Numbered from the stretch's first letter, positions 1 to 10,080 are shown. The stretch: DNA of 53,122 bases from Anaerolineales bacterium (GCA_018335275.1 JAGXKM010000001.1:74154-127275), one strand, 5' to 3'. The notes: generated from the letters alone by a model not told the origin. Made by a program: numbers and translations.

Positions 1-1
1 C

Positions 2-1627
2 CTGGCCACGGTGAATCACCCGGCCATACCCACCATCTACGATTTCTTCACCTTGGGGACCCGATCTTACCTCGTGATGGAGTTCATCCACGGAAAAAAC
101 ATGGAAGCCATGCTCCAGGAACGAGGAGCACCATTTCCAGAAGACAAAGTGATTACCTGGGCCGTTTCAGTCTGCGATGTGCTCGACTACCTTCACACCC
201 ATGACCCCGAACCCATTATATTCAGGGATATCAAGCCGGCCAATATTCTGATCGATAAAGATGATCGAGTCAACCTGGTTGACTTCGGGATCGCGAAAAC
301 TTTTCAATCCGGCACGAAAGGGACCATGATCGGCACAGAAGGATACTCCCCCCCAGAACAATATCGGGGGGAAGCCTCGCCGAAAGTGGACATTTACGCC
401 CTGGGGGCCACGCTTCATCATCTGCTCACAAACCAGGACCCCAGAACCGAACCGCCCTTTACCTTTGATGAGCGCCCTATCAAAGAATTCAATCCTAAAA
501 TTTCCACATCAGTGGAAACCATTGTCAATACTGCCCTGCAGTACAATCCCCAGGATCGCTTTGACAGCGCAACTACCATGAAAAAGGCCTTGATTGGCGC
601 AGCCCAACAAACCGGCATGCTCACCGAGGACCTGTCGGTCTCCCAGGCTACGCAATTTTTCCAAGACCAAACGCACGCTCCTCTCTGGACGTTTAAAACG
701 GAAGATGAGATTCGCGGCACTCCCACTTATCACGACGGTGTCCTTTACATCGGTTCCTATGATCACAATCTTTACGCGCTCAACGCTTCAAACGGTGAGT
801 TCGTCTGGAAATATGCCGCGGATGGAGGGGTGGTCACCAAACCCGCCATTCATGAGACAAGAGTGTATTTTGGTTCCACGGACCAATACGTCTATTGTGT
901 CTCCACACGAAATGGCAAGATGGTTTGGAAACAATCCACAGAAGGCGCCATTTACTCGTCTCCTTATATTGCCGAAGGTCACCTATTTATCGGATCGGAT
1001 GATGAATACCTCCACGTGCTCAACATTCTGACCGGGAGGGAAGCCTGGAGGACTAATTTGGGATCCAGGGTGAGATCCAGCCCCTTGGTCGTCAACGACA
1101 AAATTTACATCGGAAATGAAGGGGGGGATATCCAATGCTACGATTTTTCCGGAAATATCAAATGGCGCACGTCCGCCAAACGGGCTGTAATGGCCTCCCC
1201 TCACCACAAGGACAACATGATTTATATCACCTCCCTCGATTCTGTACTCTACGCCATTGACGCAAATTCAGGGTGGGTTGTCTGGCGATTCCGAATGGAT
1301 AGCGGTTCCATCTCCACACCTGATACCAATGAAAATCACGTTTATGCGGGTTCCACTGATGGGAAATTGTACTGTATAAATTCAAAATCCAGCAAAAAGG
1401 TGTGGGATTATCAAACCGATAATCAGGTCAACAGCTCACCTATTTACTATAAAGGCGCGCTGTACTTTACGAATGCAGATGGTATCATCTACAGCCTTGA
1501 TGCGCAAAATGGGCGTCTGCGTTGGAAATATGCCACCAAGGGACCTATCACGGGGTCTCCCCAGATCATAAATGACGTTCTTTATGTTGGATCAACCGAC
1601 CACAACATCTACGCTTTACCCGCTTAA
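2..1627 (+). CDS. Ser/Thr protein kinase with C-terminal PQQ-like beta-propeller (5' truncated by window edge)
   Basis: Frame is open from base 2 (LATVNHP). Kinase motifs FRDIKPAN, DFG, GTEGYSPPE, DIYALG are followed by about 8 PQQ-type repeats (YIGSxD..LYAL....G...W). Glycine loop and VAIK lie upstream of the window. Confidence 0.93.
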   Translation: MATVNHPAIPTIYDFFTLGTRSYLVMEFIHGKNMEAMLQERGAPFPEDKVITWAVSVCDVLDYLHTHDPEPIIFRDIKPANILIDKDDRVNLVDFGIAKTFQSGTKGTMIGTEGYSPPEQYRGEASPKVDIYALGATLHHLLTNQDPRTEPPFTFDERPIKEFNPKISTSVETIVNTALQYNPQDRFDSATTMKKALIGAAQQTGMLTEDLSVSQATQFFQDQTHAPLWTFKTEDEIRGTPTYHDGVLYIGSYDHNLYALNASNGEFVWKYAADGGVVTKPAIHETRVYFGSTDQYVYCVSTRNGKMVWKQSTEGAIYSSPYIAEGHLFIGSDDEYLHVLNILTGREAWRTNLGSRVRSSPLVVNDKIYIGNEGGDIQCYDFSGNIKWRTSAKRAVMASPHHKDNMIYITSLDSVLYAIDANSGWVVWRFRMDSGSISTPDTNENHVYAGSTDGKLYCINSKSSKKVWDYQTDNQVNSSPIYYKGALYFTNADGIIYSLDAQNGRLRWKYATKGPITGSPQIINDVLYVGSTDHNIYALPA

Positions 1628-1664
1628 CCCCTGCCCTCCACCTACCGTTTGACTTCCTGCTACC

Positions 1665-2570
1665 ATGTTTAAAAAAATCATAAATAAACTTAAAGATCTC
1701 ACAAAAGAGCCCCCAAAACAAGCTGTCCAGGAAACCTCACCGTTGGATGAAGAGCTTGTACAGGCAGCACGAACCAAAGAACGAAAACCATACCAATTGA
1801 ATGTGGGTCATGGACAATCGGTTGGGATCCAACGGGACCACAACGAAGACGCGTTTTTCACTTTAACAACCATGTTAGCCTATAATGAAACAGAACTCCC
1901 TATTGGATTTTATATCGTGGCTGATGGTATGGGAGGGCACCAAAATGGGGAAATTGCCAGTGAGTTGGCTATCCGCTCTATTGTCGAACATGTCTTTCAT
2001 GAAATCCTCACCCCCCTGCTAAGCCTGAATCCGCAGCCGCAAAATTCCTCGTTCCAAGAAGTATTCCACACCGGCATTGAACAAGCGAACACTGAAATCG
2101 TCCGCAATTCGTATGGTGGAGGGACCACGGTCACCAGCGTGCTGATCATTGGCGAGCAAATGACCATTGCTCATGTAGGAGACAGCCGGGTATATGCCGT
2201 GGATCCAACAGGCGTTTTAGAAGCCTTGACCAGAGATCACTCGCTTGTGAAACGTCTCCAGGAATTGGGACAGATTAGCTCTGAAGAGGCGGCCATCCAC
2301 CCCCAAAGGAACGTTTTATACCGGGCTCTCGGCCAGGGGGAACCCTTTGAGCCGGAAATTATCTCCATGAAACGACCTGATGAGGGGTATTTACTTATCT
2401 GCTCAGATGGGCTGTGGAATATCGTCCAAGAACAGAAAATAAGCGATATCATCCTCAACAGCCCGAGCCCTCAAGAAGCAGTAAGCCTTCTGATTGAAGC
2501 TGCCAATCAAGCAGGAGGACCAGACAATATCTCCGTGATCCTAGTTGACCTTCCCGACTTGAAAACATAG
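1665..2570 (+). CDS. PP2C/PPM-family Ser/Thr phosphatase (PrpC/Stp1-like)
   Basis: Motifs RDHNED, VADGMGGH, GTT, HVGDSR, TRDHS, CSDGLW, GGPDNIS. Confidence 0.95.
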   Translation: MFKKIINKLKDLTKEPPKQAVQETSPLDEELVQAARTKERKPYQLNVGHGQSVGIQRDHNEDAFFTLTTMLAYNETELPIGFYIVADGMGGHQNGEIASELAIRSIVEHVFHEILTPLLSLNPQPQNSSFQEVFHTGIEQANTEIVRNSYGGGTTVTSVLIIGEQMTIAHVGDSRVYAVDPTGVLEALTRDHSLVKRLQELGQISSEEAAIHPQRNVLYRALGQGEPFEPEIISMKRPDEGYLLICSDGLWNIVQEQKISDIILNSPSPQEAVSLLIEAANQAGGPDNISVILVDLPDLKT

Positions 2571-2578
2571 CCTTCCTG

Positions 2579-4048
2579 ATGTCTGAAAAAACGGATTTTT
2601 ACAACCGATTAAACCTATCCCCCAATGCCTCTGAGAAAGAAATCAGGAGAGCCTACCGGCAGGCTGTGAAAAAGGCCCACCCTGATGTCAATAAACAGGA
2701 TGGGGCTACAAGGTTGTTCCTGGATATTCAAGAAGCTTTTAAGGTTTTATCCGATCCTAAACTGAAAGAAGCCTATGACGAAGGCAGAGAACCTTCCGAG
2801 CCCTCCAGGGTCAAAACCGCTGTGACCTACAGCAGGCCGGCTTTATATAGGATCGATGAACCCCAAATCATCTATGCCCTCTTGCACATCATCACAACGC
2901 AGAAACAACAGGAAAATCCCGAATTACCCATTAACATTGCCATCGTCCTTGATACTTCCACCTCCATGCAGGGGAGGCGGATGCAGCTATTAAAAGCAGC
3001 CACAAGAGAGATCACCAGGGATCTGAACGAAGAGGACAGGTTTTCCATCATCACCTTTAATGACCGCGCAAACGTTCTCATCCCCAGTTATCATGAACGC
3101 AATGTGTCTCAAGTAGAAGCGAAAATAAACAGTTTGATAGCAGAAGGGGGAACGGAGATATTTCAAGGACTGGAAGCTGGATTTCATGAAGTCAGAAAGG
3201 TGATTACCCATAACTACGTAAATCACATCATCTTAATCACGGATGGACACACTTATGGAGATGAAGGGAACTGTCTGAATCTGGCGGAGAAAGCCGCTGA
3301 AATGGATATCGGTATCAGCGGGTTAGGCATCGGGAACGAATGGAATGATGAATTCTTGGATGAAGTCACGACCACGGCTGGCGGGCAAAGCTTTTATATT
3401 GAACACCCAAAAGAGGTCAAGGATTTCCTGAAAGGCACCATTTCAAACCTGAAAAAATCGTATTCAAGGAACATCACATTAAATATAAATAAATCCGCTG
3501 GTGTTAATTTGCTGTCGGTATTTCGCCTTCTCCCGGAGGTAACTCCCCTTTCCCCGACAGCGCAAATTCAACTCGGGAGTCTAAAATATGATAAACCACA
3601 CCAGTTGTTATTGGAATTATTAGTTAAACCTCTTCCCGAAGATATAGAAACCTTTCTAATAGCCGACGCCCATCTAGAAATAAAACGGAAAAAATCATCC
3701 TTCACGATCCCTCTCGCTCTTAATCGCCCCATCAGCTCTCAGGAAGAAGAACCGGTCCCCCCTCCAGATATGCTGTATCGGGCTATCTCCCGCTTGACCC
3801 TCTATCGCTTGCAAGAAAAAGCCCAAGAAGATCTCAAGAAAGGAAAACCGGACGTCGCATACCAACGGATGATAAATCTTGCCTCCCATCTGATGTCTAA
3901 AGGGGAAGACAGCCTGGCAAAGACAGTCATGGAAGAAGCTGATCATATCAAATCTCATCACACATTCAGCCCTGATGGAAAAAAACAAATTAAGTACGGC
4001 ACCCGAAGGATGATGCTCCCCGGGAATATCCCCGAAGACTTACCATGA
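2579..4048 (+). CDS. DnaJ(J)-domain + von Willebrand factor A domain fusion protein
   Basis: N-terminal J domain (DFY..L.L..NAS..EIRRAYR..KAHPDVN..IQEAF.VLSDP); vWA MIDAS DTSTS, GGTEI, ITDG; helical C-terminus ending KQIKYGTR. Confidence 0.9.
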   Translation: MSEKTDFYNRLNLSPNASEKEIRRAYRQAVKKAHPDVNKQDGATRLFLDIQEAFKVLSDPKLKEAYDEGREPSEPSRVKTAVTYSRPALYRIDEPQIIYALLHIITTQKQQENPELPINIAIVLDTSTSMQGRRMQLLKAATREITRDLNEEDRFSIITFNDRANVLIPSYHERNVSQVEAKINSLIAEGGTEIFQGLEAGFHEVRKVITHNYVNHIILITDGHTYGDEGNCLNLAEKAAEMDIGISGLGIGNEWNDEFLDEVTTTAGGQSFYIEHPKEVKDFLKGTISNLKKSYSRNITLNINKSAGVNLLSVFRLLPEVTPLSPTAQIQLGSLKYDKPHQLLLELLVKPLPEDIETFLIADAHLEIKRKKSSFTIPLALNRPISSQEEEPVPPPDMLYRAISRLTLYRLQEKAQEDLKKGKPDVAYQRMINLASHLMSKGEDSLAKTVMEEADHIKSHHTFSPDGKKQIKYGTRRMMLPGNIPEDLP

Positions 4049-4566
4049 TCACTTGTAAAGTCTGTAAAAACCAGGAATATATAGGCGCAATATTTTGCAG
4101 TGAATGCGGTTCAGCGTTTCTTGCGGAACACCATCTTGATGATGATACAGTTGTCTACCCCCGCAAGGAAGGGGACCCCAATTATAGGGACATCCCCCAC
4201 CCTGAAAAATCGATCCCCAAAGGGAAAATCGCCCTTTACCTGCCTGACTACGAAACCTACTTGGATCTACCCGAAGAAAATGAATTCACCCTGGGCCGTT
4301 TGATAGAGGGTCAGGTGATCACTCCGGAAGTTGATCTGGACCCCTATGATGGTTTTGAGAACGGTATTTCCAGATTGCACGCCACGATCAGAATGAACCC
4401 TAAAAAGAACTCGATTCAAGTCTTAGACCTTGGATCAGCAAACGGCACCCGTGTGAACGGCTATGAAATTCCTGCCAACTCAGAGGTCCCCCTTACGCAC
4501 GAAGATATATTGACGTTAGGGAAACTTCACTTAAAAGTGATCATCCCCGAAAAGTACCGATCTTAA
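4045..4566 (+). CDS. Zinc-ribbon + FHA domain protein
   Basis: CKVC...FCSECG, then FHA motifs LGR, ISRLHA, DLGSANGT.VNG. ATGA overlap with the upstream gene. Confidence 0.92.
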   Translation: MITCKVCKNQEYIGAIFCSECGSAFLAEHHLDDDTVVYPRKEGDPNYRDIPHPEKSIPKGKIALYLPDYETYLDLPEENEFTLGRLIEGQVITPEVDLDPYDGFENGISRLHATIRMNPKKNSIQVLDLGSANGTRVNGYEIPANSEVPLTHEDILTLGKLHLKVIIPEKYRS

Positions 4567-4578
4567 TGGAAAAAAACT

Positions 4579-4821
4579 ATGTCCACATCAATCATCCTCC
4601 ACATTCAAAATACAGAACCCGTTCTGGGAGAAGTCGAAGAACTCCCCAAGCTGACCGACACGATGGTAAAAGTCAGCAATCCCCGCCAACGCGACGGGAA
4701 AGACCTCATTTTCCTGCAACACAACGTGGTAACCGTCTACTGGCCGGTTTCCCAACTTAACTTTATAGAGATCCTGCCAGGAGAAGAGGAAGAAGAGATC
4801 ATCAGTTTTGTAAGAGAGTAA
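4579..4821 (+). CDS. Small hypothetical protein (80 aa)
   Basis: Fills the gap between the FHA and regulator genes with 12-nt and 5-nt spacers; GGA upstream; beta-rich sequence with an acidic tail. Confidence 0.75.
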   Translation: MSTSIILHIQNTEPVLGEVEELPKLTDTMVKVSNPRQRDGKDLIFLQHNVVTVYWPVSQLNFIEILPGEEEEEIISFVRE

Positions 4822-4826
4822 AAGAT

Positions 4827-5576
4827 ATGGCAGCCAAGATGACAAACTATAAAATACTCGTCGTTGACGATGAAAAACGAATGGTTCGCTTCATCCAGTT
4901 GAACCTGGAACAAGACGGCTTCCAGGTAATAACCGCATATAACGGAAATGAAGCCCTGGAACAGGTCCGAACCCAGCTTCCAGATATGGTATTACTCGAC
5001 ATCATGATGCCTGACATCGATGGATTCGAAGTGTTAAAGAAAATTCGGGAAGTCAGTGATGTCCCTGTGATCATGCTCACCGCAAAAGGGGAGGAAGACG
5101 ATCGCGTGAAAGGGCTGGAATTGGGCGCTGATGACTATATCGTAAAACCGTTTAGTCCTCGAGAATTAGTGAGCAGAATCAAGGCTGTCCTCCGTCGGAC
5201 GAAAACCTTTCAAAAGGACCAGGTGGATGTAGTTGAAGTGGATGACCGCTTGAAAATTGACTTTTCTCGCCGTGAAGTTTGGGTGGAAGGAGAAAAAGTT
5301 GACCTCCGCCCTACAGAGTACAGATTGCTGTACCACCTGGTCAAAAATGCGGGTTGGGTGAACACCCATGAACAATTGTTGACCAAGGTGTGGGGATTTG
5401 AATACCGGGATGAACCCCATTACGTCAGGTTATATGTCAATTACCTGAGGAAAAAACTCGAAAAAGACCCCTCCAATCCTGAATACATACTCACGGAGAG
5501 AGGGGTGGGATACCGATTCGTTGATTTCCGAAGAGACGACGACACGGATGAAAAGGAAGAGGGCGAAAAAACTTAA
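4827..5576 (+). CDS. OmpR/PhoB-family response regulator
   Basis: Receiver [28 protein letters not shown] plus winged helix ending TERGVGYRF. Start may be ATG at 4839. Confidence 0.95.
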   Translation: MAAKMTNYKILVVDDEKRMVRFIQLNLEQDGFQVITAYNGNEALEQVRTQLPDMVLLDIMMPDIDGFEVLKKIREVSDVPVIMLTAKGEEDDRVKGLELGADDYIVKPFSPRELVSRIKAVLRRTKTFQKDQVDVVEVDDRLKIDFSRREVWVEGEKVDLRPTEYRLLYHLVKNAGWVNTHEQLLTKVWGFEYRDEPHYVRLYVNYLRKKLEKDPSNPEYILTERGVGYRFVDFRRDDDTDEKEEGEKT

Positions 5577-5894
5577 TATTATCAAAGCTCCATTCTCAAA
5601 CGACCTTCCCAAGGAAACGCATATAAAACACTTATACATTTCCAAGATTCATCGGATATCATTGGAGATGAACCAAGAATAAGACCGCGGTCTGATCAGC
5701 GTGCTTTCCGCCGGCATCGTGCAGTATCCAGATCATGGCGAAGTCCTTCCTTGTCAAACCGCATCTGCGATATAATACTTTAAGCAAATTCGGGGACAAA
5801 GAACAAACTTATAAAGATTTAAAGTCACATGAAATGAGACCTTGTCTGCTGAACACTCGGGTCTTCCCCGAGATTGCAGGGAGAAAAGAAAAAC

Positions 5895-6566
5895 ATGACC
5901 ATTCACAGAATTTTATTAGTAGATGATCACGAGGTGGTCCGCCTGGGCTTGAAATCACTCCTCAATCGACACACGAAGTTTCAAGTCGTTGCAGAAGCGA
6001 AGACCGGCTCCGAAGCCGTTGCGAAAGTAGATCAGTACAATCCTGATATCGTGATCATGGATATCAGATTGCCAGGTGGGTCGGGCATCGAGGCTTGTGA
6101 GGAGATCACGGAAAAATACCCTGAAACCCGTGTCATCATGCTCACTTCCTATGCGGAAGATGAAATGCTCTTCTCGTCGATTCGCGCTGGAGCCTCCGGG
6201 TATGTGTTGAAACAGGTGGGCAACGATGAGTTGGTAGATAAAATTGAGGCAGTAGGACGGGGGGAAGCGATATTAGATCCAGCTGTCACACAACGCGTCT
6301 TCAAAGAGGTCAGGAAAGCCGCGCGGGAAGAGGAAGCATCCGCATTTTCCGATCTCACGGACCAAGAAAAACACGTCTTGATTCATGTCTCAGAAGGGAA
6401 AACAAATCGGGAAATCGCCAAAACACTCTATTTAGGAGAAGGCACTGTCCGGAATTACGTGAGTAGCATTCTATCCAAACTGGACGTCAGCAACCGTGCC
6501 GAAGCTGCAGCCTACGCTGTGAGACACAACCTTCGGAATCACCTGGTGCACCTGACCAAGGATTAA
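5895..6566 (+). CDS. NarL/LuxR-family response regulator
   Basis: Receiver [20 protein letters not shown] plus LuxR HTH ([25 protein letters not shown]). ATG at 5895 follows GGAG. Confidence 0.95.
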   Translation: MTIHRILLVDDHEVVRLGLKSLLNRHTKFQVVAEAKTGSEAVAKVDQYNPDIVIMDIRLPGGSGIEACEEITEKYPETRVIMLTSYAEDEMLFSSIRAGASGYVLKQVGNDELVDKIEAVGRGEAILDPAVTQRVFKEVRKAAREEEASAFSDLTDQEKHVLIHVSEGKTNREIAKTLYLGEGTVRNYVSSILSKLDVSNRAEAAAYAVRHNLRNHLVHLTKD

Positions 6567-6590
6567 AACCCACCCCATTTAAAGCAAATG

Positions 6591-6619
6591 AAGGATGGCG
6601 AGATGCCATCCTTTTTTTT
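6591..6619 (+). terminator. Intrinsic terminator between convergent genes
   Basis: AAGGATGGC-gagat-GCCATCCTT followed by a T run. Confidence 0.8.
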
Positions 6620-7082
6620 ATTCTGATGGTGGTTGATCTACTTTAAGGTAATTCGACACGGCCCAACCATTTCTGCCCGGCTCAGCTGGGGCTTCCAGAT
6701 ACCACCATCGATACCCATCCTGGTCCTCAGGGCCATCTTGAACAAGGAAGACTTCATCCTCCAAGCCCAGGTAATTGATATCCGCCTCCAGCGAGGGTTC
6801 TACCCGGAGGCGGAGTCCGTCTCCCCCTGTTCCATCAATCTGCACATATCCCCCCACTTCGATCCCTTCCTTGGGCACAGGGGAAGGGGTCTCTGCTTCC
6901 AAGAGGGGAGCTGTGGGTGTTATCGTGGGTCTGGGGATCACCGTTAAATCCACGTCCCCCTGATCATAATCCTCATCGGGGGCCGGCATGCGCTCGACAA
7001 TAACGAACAAGCCAGCAAAGAGAATAAAACCCACCACGACCGAGCTTAAAATGACCCAAGGATTAATATATTCCCTGATCAT
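6618..7082 (-). CDS. Membrane-anchored SH3b-like domain protein
   Basis: N-terminal TM, Pro/Thr linker, GLRLRVEP...DGP..DGYRWW...GWAV. Confidence 0.75.
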   Translation of the reverse strand: MIREYINPWVILSSVVVGFILFAGLFVIVERMPAPDEDYDQGDVDLTVIPRPTITPTAPLLEAETPSPVPKEGIEVGGYVQIDGTGGDGLRLRVEPSLEADINYLGLEDEVFLVQDGPEDQDGYRWWYLEAPAEPGRNGWAVSNYLKVDQPPSE

Positions 7083-8020
7083 GCTTCCTCACTAAATAAT
7101 TCCGGATTGAGTGTTTCAGGAACTAACACTTTTAAAGCCTTATGTTGAATGTTGATCTTTGCCTTCCGACTTTCTGGCAGGGGCTCACCATCAACCTGGA
7201 GGTAGAAAGGCTTTTCAGAATACAATTCCGCATTTTGACAGAAGAAATGTTTTACCTGATCCGAATTAAAATGCTGTCCTGAATAGAGCGTCCACATATG
7301 GCGAAGCGCCTCTGCCAGCGTCGTTCCGGAAAAAAGCCACAGGTCCATCTGACCGTCATTGATCTTTGCGCTGGGGCTGATCTCCGCAATCCCTCCAGCG
7401 TAAAGATGAACGTTGGTGACCACAGCAAGCAAATAGGTACCTTCAATCAACTCATCTTGAATGACGATCTTAAGTTTCATGCCCTCCCATTTCCGTGCCA
7501 ACCAGGCAGCGTTTGCTGCATACTGCGGGAATGCGATATTCTTTTCCAAACGCGTTCTCGGTTCAATATGGTGGACCACAAAAGCATCCAAACCCATCCC
7601 TGCCCAAAGCAAGAAGGGGGTTCCCTGACATAACCCGACATCCACCCACCGTTCTTGACCTTCCGCGAGAATCTTTGCGCTCTTTTCCAGAGCTACCCAA
7701 TTCGTCCAGGATAAAACAGGCAGACCGATTTCCTGTGCCCAAACATTGGCTGTTCCCGAAGGCAGCACCCCCAAAGCAGTGTCGCCTCCCAATAATCCCG
7801 CCACGGTTTGGTTTATAGAGCCATCCCCTCCCGCTACAAAAACAGCTCCATATCCGGCCTGGCCAGCCTTTTCTGCCAGCGAGGTTGTATGTTCCGCCCC
7901 CCTTGTTCGTTCAATATCAATCTCCCACCCCCGTTTCTGCAGCTCCTTGGAAGCTCTTTCAACCATGGACTTAGAAGGGAATCGACCCGCTGTAGGATTA
8001 TAGATGATCAGTCCACGCAC
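7079..8020 (-). CDS. Diacylglycerol/lipid kinase family (YegS/DgkB-like)
   Basis: IYNPTAG, AGGDGS, LPSGTAN, QVDGE; GTG at 8020 with GGAGG RBS. Confidence 0.92.
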   Translation of the reverse strand: MRGLIIYNPTAGRFPSKSMVERASKELQKRGWEIDIERTRGAEHTTSLAEKAGQAGYGAVFVAGGDGSINQTVAGLLGGDTALGVLPSGTANVWAQEIGLPVLSWTNWVALEKSAKILAEGQERWVDVGLCQGTPFLLWAGMGLDAFVVHHIEPRTRLEKNIAFPQYAANAAWLARKWEGMKLKIVIQDELIEGTYLLAVVTNVHLYAGGIAEISPSAKINDGQMDLWLFSGTTLAEALRHMWTLYSGQHFNSDQVKHFFCQNAELYSEKPFYLQVDGEPLPESRKAKINIQHKALKVLVPETLNPELFSEEA

Positions 8021-8127
8021 AATGTATGTTCCTCCCACCCTAAAGGTAACTGCTTTCAAGTTTACTGTAACACATGATCACCGTCAATCTGGGAATGGTA
8101 CAATCCAAACAGATTCAAAAGAAAGGG

Positions 8128-9138
8128 ATGAAAAGCATGAAAGACGTCCTAAATGAGCGCTACCGGATGGAAACAAAACTGGGACATGGGGGGATGGCCA
8201 TCGTTTACCAGGCGACTGACCTCATGCTTGAACGGACGATTGCGGTCAAACTCCTCAAAGAAGATTTTTCAAGTTCACCCGCTTTCCAGGAACGATTTAA
8301 ACAAGAGGCAAAAGCGGCTGCGAATCTCTCCCACCCCAATATCGTGACCATTCACGATTTTGGGTTAGACCAAAAGCGTTTGTTCATCGTCATGGAATAT
8401 GTCCCTGGAACGGATTTGAAAAAGCATATCAAGGAAAGTGAACAAGGACTCTCGATTGAAAACGCCTCGAGGTTGTTTATCCAAGCCTGCGCTGGAGTAG
8501 GGTATGCTCACCGCGCGGGTCTTGTCCACTGTGATATCAAACCTCATAACATGTTAATCACCCCTGATAACCGCCTGAAAGTGACCGATTTTGGCATCGC
8601 CCGCGCCTTAGCTTCTATAAAGCCGGATGAGATCACCAACGCCATCTGGGGTTCCCCCACATATTTTTCTCCCGAACAAGCTGCTGGGACCCCACCTTCC
8701 CCTGCTTCAGATGTATACAGCTTGGGCGTCGTCCTATACGAAATGGTGACGGGGAGACTCCCATTTCCACCCTCGAATCCGGAGCAGTTAGCCTTGGATC
8801 ACCGTCATAAAGACCCCCCTTCCCCGCGGGAATTTAACCCCCGTATATCCAAAGAACTGGAAAAGATCATCCTCAAGGTGCTCTCCAAAGAACCCAGCAA
8901 ACGCTACCGAACAGCTGACCAGCTGGGCAGGATCATGATTAACTTCACACAATCAAAAAAACAGGAAGCCCAGGACAGGCGCTCTCCTCACACATATCAC
9001 CTGGACTATTCACCTCTGGCAAAAAAAGAGCAAGCAGGTCTTGATTGGATCACCATCCTGGTTGGACTCCTGGCGCTGATCGCTGTGGGAGGCTTGATCC
9101 CCTTCTGGATGTGGGTGTATTTCCAAGTCAATCCCTGA
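8128..9138 (+). CDS. PknB/PrkC-like Ser/Thr kinase with C-terminal TM and no PASTA repeats
   Basis: GHGGMAIVY, IAVK, HPNIV, HCDIKPHN, DFGIAR, SPEQ, SDVYSLG; TM at the C-terminus. Start 8128 or 8137. Confidence 0.92.
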   Translation: MKSMKDVLNERYRMETKLGHGGMAIVYQATDLMLERTIAVKLLKEDFSSSPAFQERFKQEAKAAANLSHPNIVTIHDFGLDQKRLFIVMEYVPGTDLKKHIKESEQGLSIENASRLFIQACAGVGYAHRAGLVHCDIKPHNMLITPDNRLKVTDFGIARALASIKPDEITNAIWGSPTYFSPEQAAGTPPSPASDVYSLGVVLYEMVTGRLPFPPSNPEQLALDHRHKDPPSPREFNPRISKELEKIILKVLSKEPSKRYRTADQLGRIMINFTQSKKQEAQDRRSPHTYHLDYSPLAKKEQAGLDWITILVGLLALIAVGGLIPFWMWVYFQVNP

Positions 9139-9319
9139 CCCTCAAACTCAAAGCTAAAAAAAGACATTTTTCTCCGAACGATGGCTGGGATGATGACCCA
9201 AACATCCACCACAACTCCCTCCTCTGAACAGAACTTCCTAAACAAACCCTCCCGTTCAACTTCGGCAGCATGTTATAGTATAATGTGGCTTCGAAATAAA
9301 AAAGAGGATGTGTGGAATC

Positions 9320-9988
9320 ATGAAAGAAGGATATTTGATTGCCCCCTCCATTCTATCCGCTGACTTCTCTCGGCTTGGCGCCCAGATAAAGGAAGCCGAG
9401 CAAGCTGGAGCAGACTGGATTCATATCGATGTTATGGATGGACATTTCGTCCCTAATCTGACCATGGGGCCCTTCATCGTCAAAGCCTGTGAAAATATCA
9501 CTTCCCTCCCCCTGGATGTACACCTCATGGTAGAAAAACCCGAAAGTTTACTGCCTGATTTTGCCCAGGCAGGAGCGGATGTTTTAACTGTACATATTGA
9601 AACCTGCCCCCACATCCACCGTACACTGCAATCGATCCGGGAGCTGGGCTGCCAGGCAGGGATCACGCTGAACCCTGGGACCCCAGCTGGAAGCATAGAA
9701 GAGGTTTTACCGTTCGTTGATTTGGTTTTAATCATGACTGTCAATCCGGGCTACTCCGGCCAGACCTTTATCCCTGAAATGGTGCCTAAAATAACCTGGG
9801 TCAGGAACGTCCTTGATGAAGTCAATCCGGAGGCCAAAATTGAAGTGGACGGTGGTCTAAATGTCCAAACCACGCCTGAAGCCGTAGAAGCCGGCGCAGA
9901 AATCTTCGTCGCGGGGAGCGCTGTATTTGGGCACCCGGAAGGTATCCCGGCCGGGATTGCCAGCATACGTGATGCGCTGCCGCATTGA
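9320..9988 (+). CDS. rpe: Ribulose-phosphate 3-epimerase
   Basis: IAPSILSADF, HIDVMDGHFVPN, DVHLM, MTVNPG, EVDGG, VAGSA. Confidence 0.97.
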   Translation: MKEGYLIAPSILSADFSRLGAQIKEAEQAGADWIHIDVMDGHFVPNLTMGPFIVKACENITSLPLDVHLMVEKPESLLPDFAQAGADVLTVHIETCPHIHRTLQSIRELGCQAGITLNPGTPAGSIEEVLPFVDLVLIMTVNPGYSGQTFIPEMVPKITWVRNVLDEVNPEAKIEVDGGLNVQTTPEAVEAGAEIFVAGSAVFGHPEGIPAGIASIRDALPH

Positions 9989-10080
9989 ACCATGTTAAAT
10001 GATAAATGGGTTACAAGTTACCATTTCTGCAGCCTGCAACCCACTTAGATCGTAAAATGAATTTTATGTATCTTTTATGG

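Noticed and set aside
9136-9363. Selenocysteine/readthrough extension of the PrkC-like kinase (TGA followed by about 75 open codons)
   Set aside because: No convincing SECIS hairpin, the extension is low-complexity, and it runs over the rpe promoter and start.
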